Source: an uncultured Actinomycetota bacterium
GTDB taxonomy: Bacteria; Actinomycetota; Actinomycetes; Propionibacteriales; Nocardioidaceae
DNA: 64,000 bases
Assembly: GCA_963795155.1 (NCBI GenBank)
Contig: CAWCGY010000038.1
Span: forward strand, 1,350-65,349
Direction: 5' to 3'
The notes below the pieces were generated by a model. The model was not told where the DNA came from. It was given only the letters and a program-made list of their open reading frames with translations, and ran no database searches. Shown one piece after another: positions 62,861-64,000 of the stretch (within the stretch, counting starts at the first letter, position 1; the number at the start of each line of letters is the position of its first letter). The position numbers were made by a program, and so were the translations under genes.

Positions 62861-62934
62861 TGGAGCGGATGGCGGGAATCGAACCCGCGTCATCAGTTTG
62901 GAAAACTGAGGCTCTACCATTGAGCTACACCCGC
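62861..62934 (-). tRNA. tRNA-Gly (TCC)
   Basis: GCGGGTG acceptor stem, TCAGT-TT-TCC-AA-ACTGA anticodon arm, GGTTCGATTCC T-arm; CCA encoded. Confidence 0.95.
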
Positions 62935-63004
62935 GCGCCGTCGTCCGCGAAGATTTCAGCGTGGATCATCGTGCCACACCCACACGTGCGCGCCCCAAAC
63001 GGCA

Positions 63005-64000
63005 TCAGCGGCGGTGCACCACCAGCATGGCCCGGTCGTCGTCCGGTGAGCCCAGTGCGTCGGCCAACCTCGTCGCGGCGTCCTCGAAGCTTCCACGCAG
63101 CAGCGACTCCGCCTCGCCCAGCATCCGGTCGATCCCGAGGTCGATGTCGCGCCGTGGCTCCTCCACCATGCCGTCGGTGTAGAGCAGCACCGCGTCGCCG
63201 GGTCGAAAGTCGCCCTCGGCCGTCGTGAAGGTGGCGTTCTCGATCAGCCCGAGCACCGGGCCCTCGGTGCGCAGCACCTGCCAGCGACCCGAACCGACGG
63301 CCCGGTGGGCAGCGGGCGGATGGCCGGCCGTGCGCACCTCGAAGTGGCCGGACCTGAGATCGAGCGAGAGGTGGATCGCGGTCGCAAATCCCTCGTCCCA
63401 GTCCTGGCGGAGCAGGAAGTCGTTGGCTGCGGGCAGGAACTCGTGCGGCGGCAGTGCAGTCAGCAGCCCACCGAACGCACCGGAGAGCAGCAGGGCCCTG
63501 GTGCCGGCCTTCTCCCCCTTACCTGACACGTCCACGACCGCAACGTCCAAACGGGTCGACTCCCGCGAGGTGGAGGCAACGACGAAGTCGCCGGCAAACG
63601 GCGTCCCACCGGCCGACCGGAGCGCCGACTGGACGTCCCATCCGGGTGGGAGGTCAGGGATCGTGCCTTGGGCGAGGATGCGGTCGCGGAGATCAACCAG
63701 CATCAGCTCACCGGCGGCACCGGTGACGCCCAGTCGAGAACGTCGTAGACCTGTGGTCAGCACGATCAGGCCCATCAGGAAATCCACTCCCAGCGCTGCG
63801 ATCAGTCGGCCGGTGATCTCTTCTTGCCGCGGCACAGTCGAGGTGAGGCACAGCATTACGAGCACCACGAACCACGGCAGGGTGCGGGGACCGAGGAGGA
63901 TGCTGCCGAGCAACAGCGGGAGCATCAGTGCGGTGAGCGGCAGCGGCCCCGGGAACACCCACACGAGGACCGTGAAGCCCAGCACGAGCACGCTCAGCGT
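63005..64000 (-). CDS. Membrane PP2C/SpoIIE (RsbU-like) phosphatase, 5' end outside the window
   Basis: AGDF, DVSGKG, AGHPP, LYTDG, DDRA; N-terminal TM helices. Confidence 0.92.
   Translation of the reverse strand, partial: TLSVLVLGFTVLVWVFPGPLPLTALMLPLLLGSILLGPRTLPWFVVLVMLCLTSTVPRQEEITGRLIAALGVDFLMGLIVLTTGLRRSRLGVTGAAGELMLVDLRDRILAQGTIPDLPPGWDVQSALRSAGGTPFAGDFVVASTSRESTRLDVAVVDVSGKGEKAGTRALLLSGAFGGLLTALPPHEFLPAANDFLLRQDWDEGFATAIHLSLDLRSGHFEVRTAGHPPAAHRAVGSGRWQVLRTEGPVLGLIENATFTTAEGDFRPGDAVLLYTDGMVEEPRRDIDLGIDRMLGEAESLLRGSFEDAATRLADALGSPDDDRAMLVVHRR

Noticed and set aside
62755-62934. tRNAs as an island integration site
   Set aside because: No duplicated tRNA 3' end or integrase nearby; flanking genes are core.

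Overview
High-GC actinobacterial chromosome segment. Gene content and order (mreBCD-mrdA-rodA present, short ValRS, TrmD-GNAT fusion, Tad pilins) fit a Nocardioides-like organism; this assignment is an inference. Most genes are minus-strand housekeeping blocks: rpsB, xerC-dprA-comM-yraN, rnhB-lepB-rplS-trmD-rimM-khpA-rpsP, ffh-glnD-(amtB-glnK)x2-ftsY-smc, rodA-mrdA-mreDCB-ndk-folC, valS, clpX-clpP2-clpP1-tig and two tRNAs. Accessory inserts include a Ser/Thr kinase, TadE/TadG-like pilins, a glycan polymerase/methyltransferase cassette and a copper-uptake cassette. Best candidate for an undescribed system: a His-rich membrane leader protein ending in the ribosome-arrest motif RGPP, whose L-R-G codons are complementary to the ribosome-binding region of the downstream ycnI-copCD genes, suggesting a copper-sensing translational switch. 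Also notable: paralogous Amt transporters differing at the twin-His pore (His vs Glu), a shared TCCACAG-N21-TCCACAG motif at both ends of the DNA-transformation cluster, and an HNH remnant at a synteny break. Five frameshifts, all +1 and one of them in smc, most likely reflect sequencing insertion errors. All calls come from reading the sequence by eye; no searches or folding were run.
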